Under the pieces are notes generated by a model. It was not told the origin of the DNA and made no database searches. It saw only the letters and a program-made list of their open reading frames with translations. A program made the position numbers and the translations under genes. Shown here piece after piece: positions 31,996 to 32,000 of a stretch of DNA of 32,000 bases (its first letter is position 1; every line of letters starts with the position of its first letter). The DNA comes from Candidatus Iainarchaeum sp. Lineage in GTDB: Archaea; Iainarchaeota; Iainarchaeia; Iainarchaeales; 0-14-0-20-34-12. The DNA lies in assembly GCA_030649345.1 (NCBI GenBank), contig JAUSKK010000046.1:7824-39823 (forward strand), written 5' to 3'.

Positions 31996-32000
31996 TACTT

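Noticed and set aside
1-32000. Alternative genetic code, mobile elements or CRISPR/defence islands
   Set aside because: TAA, TAG and TGA all terminate well-supported genes at the expected lengths. I saw no transposase, integrase, cas or large defence-type ATPase/nuclease genes and no spaced direct-repeat arrays. The only defence-like or selfish elements are the two TA-type pairs.

Overview
AT-rich, very gene-dense archaeal chromosomal segment: stops abut or overlap, and there are many ATGA/TAATG/GTGA gene junctions. Almost every ORF is an archaeal information-processing or housekeeping gene. Gene content and compaction suggest a small-genome, DPANN-like archaeon (inference only). The minus strand at about 7.5-16.8 kb carries the archaeal exosome/proteasome superoperon in canonical order: pop5 ... 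psmA ... sdo1-rrp4-rrp41-rrp42-rpl37ae-rpoP-pcc1-pfdB. It is interrupted on both sides of psmA by two toxin-antitoxin-like pairs with secreted or membrane cargo genes. Other blocks are aIF2beta-DUF424-aIF1A, rio1-KH(Dim2-like)-top6B-top6A, an NSUN m5C RNA methyltransferase coupled to a Nip7-like PUA protein, the two subunits of ADP-forming acetyl-CoA synthetase 25 kb apart, mre11, nadA, purD, a presenilin-type GxGD protease and a secreted gluzincin peptidase. I found no rRNA, tRNA, CRISPR array, transposase or integrase. TAA, TAG and TGA all end well-supported genes, so the genetic code looks standard. The most notable non-coding signal is a ~50-nt AT-rich module ending in CNGGAG-N6-8-ATG that recurs upstream of six unrelated genes. 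Each copy can also be read as a 16-19 codon mini-ORF whose stop abuts the main ATG. Other points are an rpoP gene missing from the ORF track, a perfect 15-bp inverted repeat over the nadA promoter, a PEP-utilizer swivel-domain protein with an unrecognised N-terminal half, and a ThiI-like protein with a degenerate PP-loop. All functional calls rest on motif recognition by eye; no database search was run.
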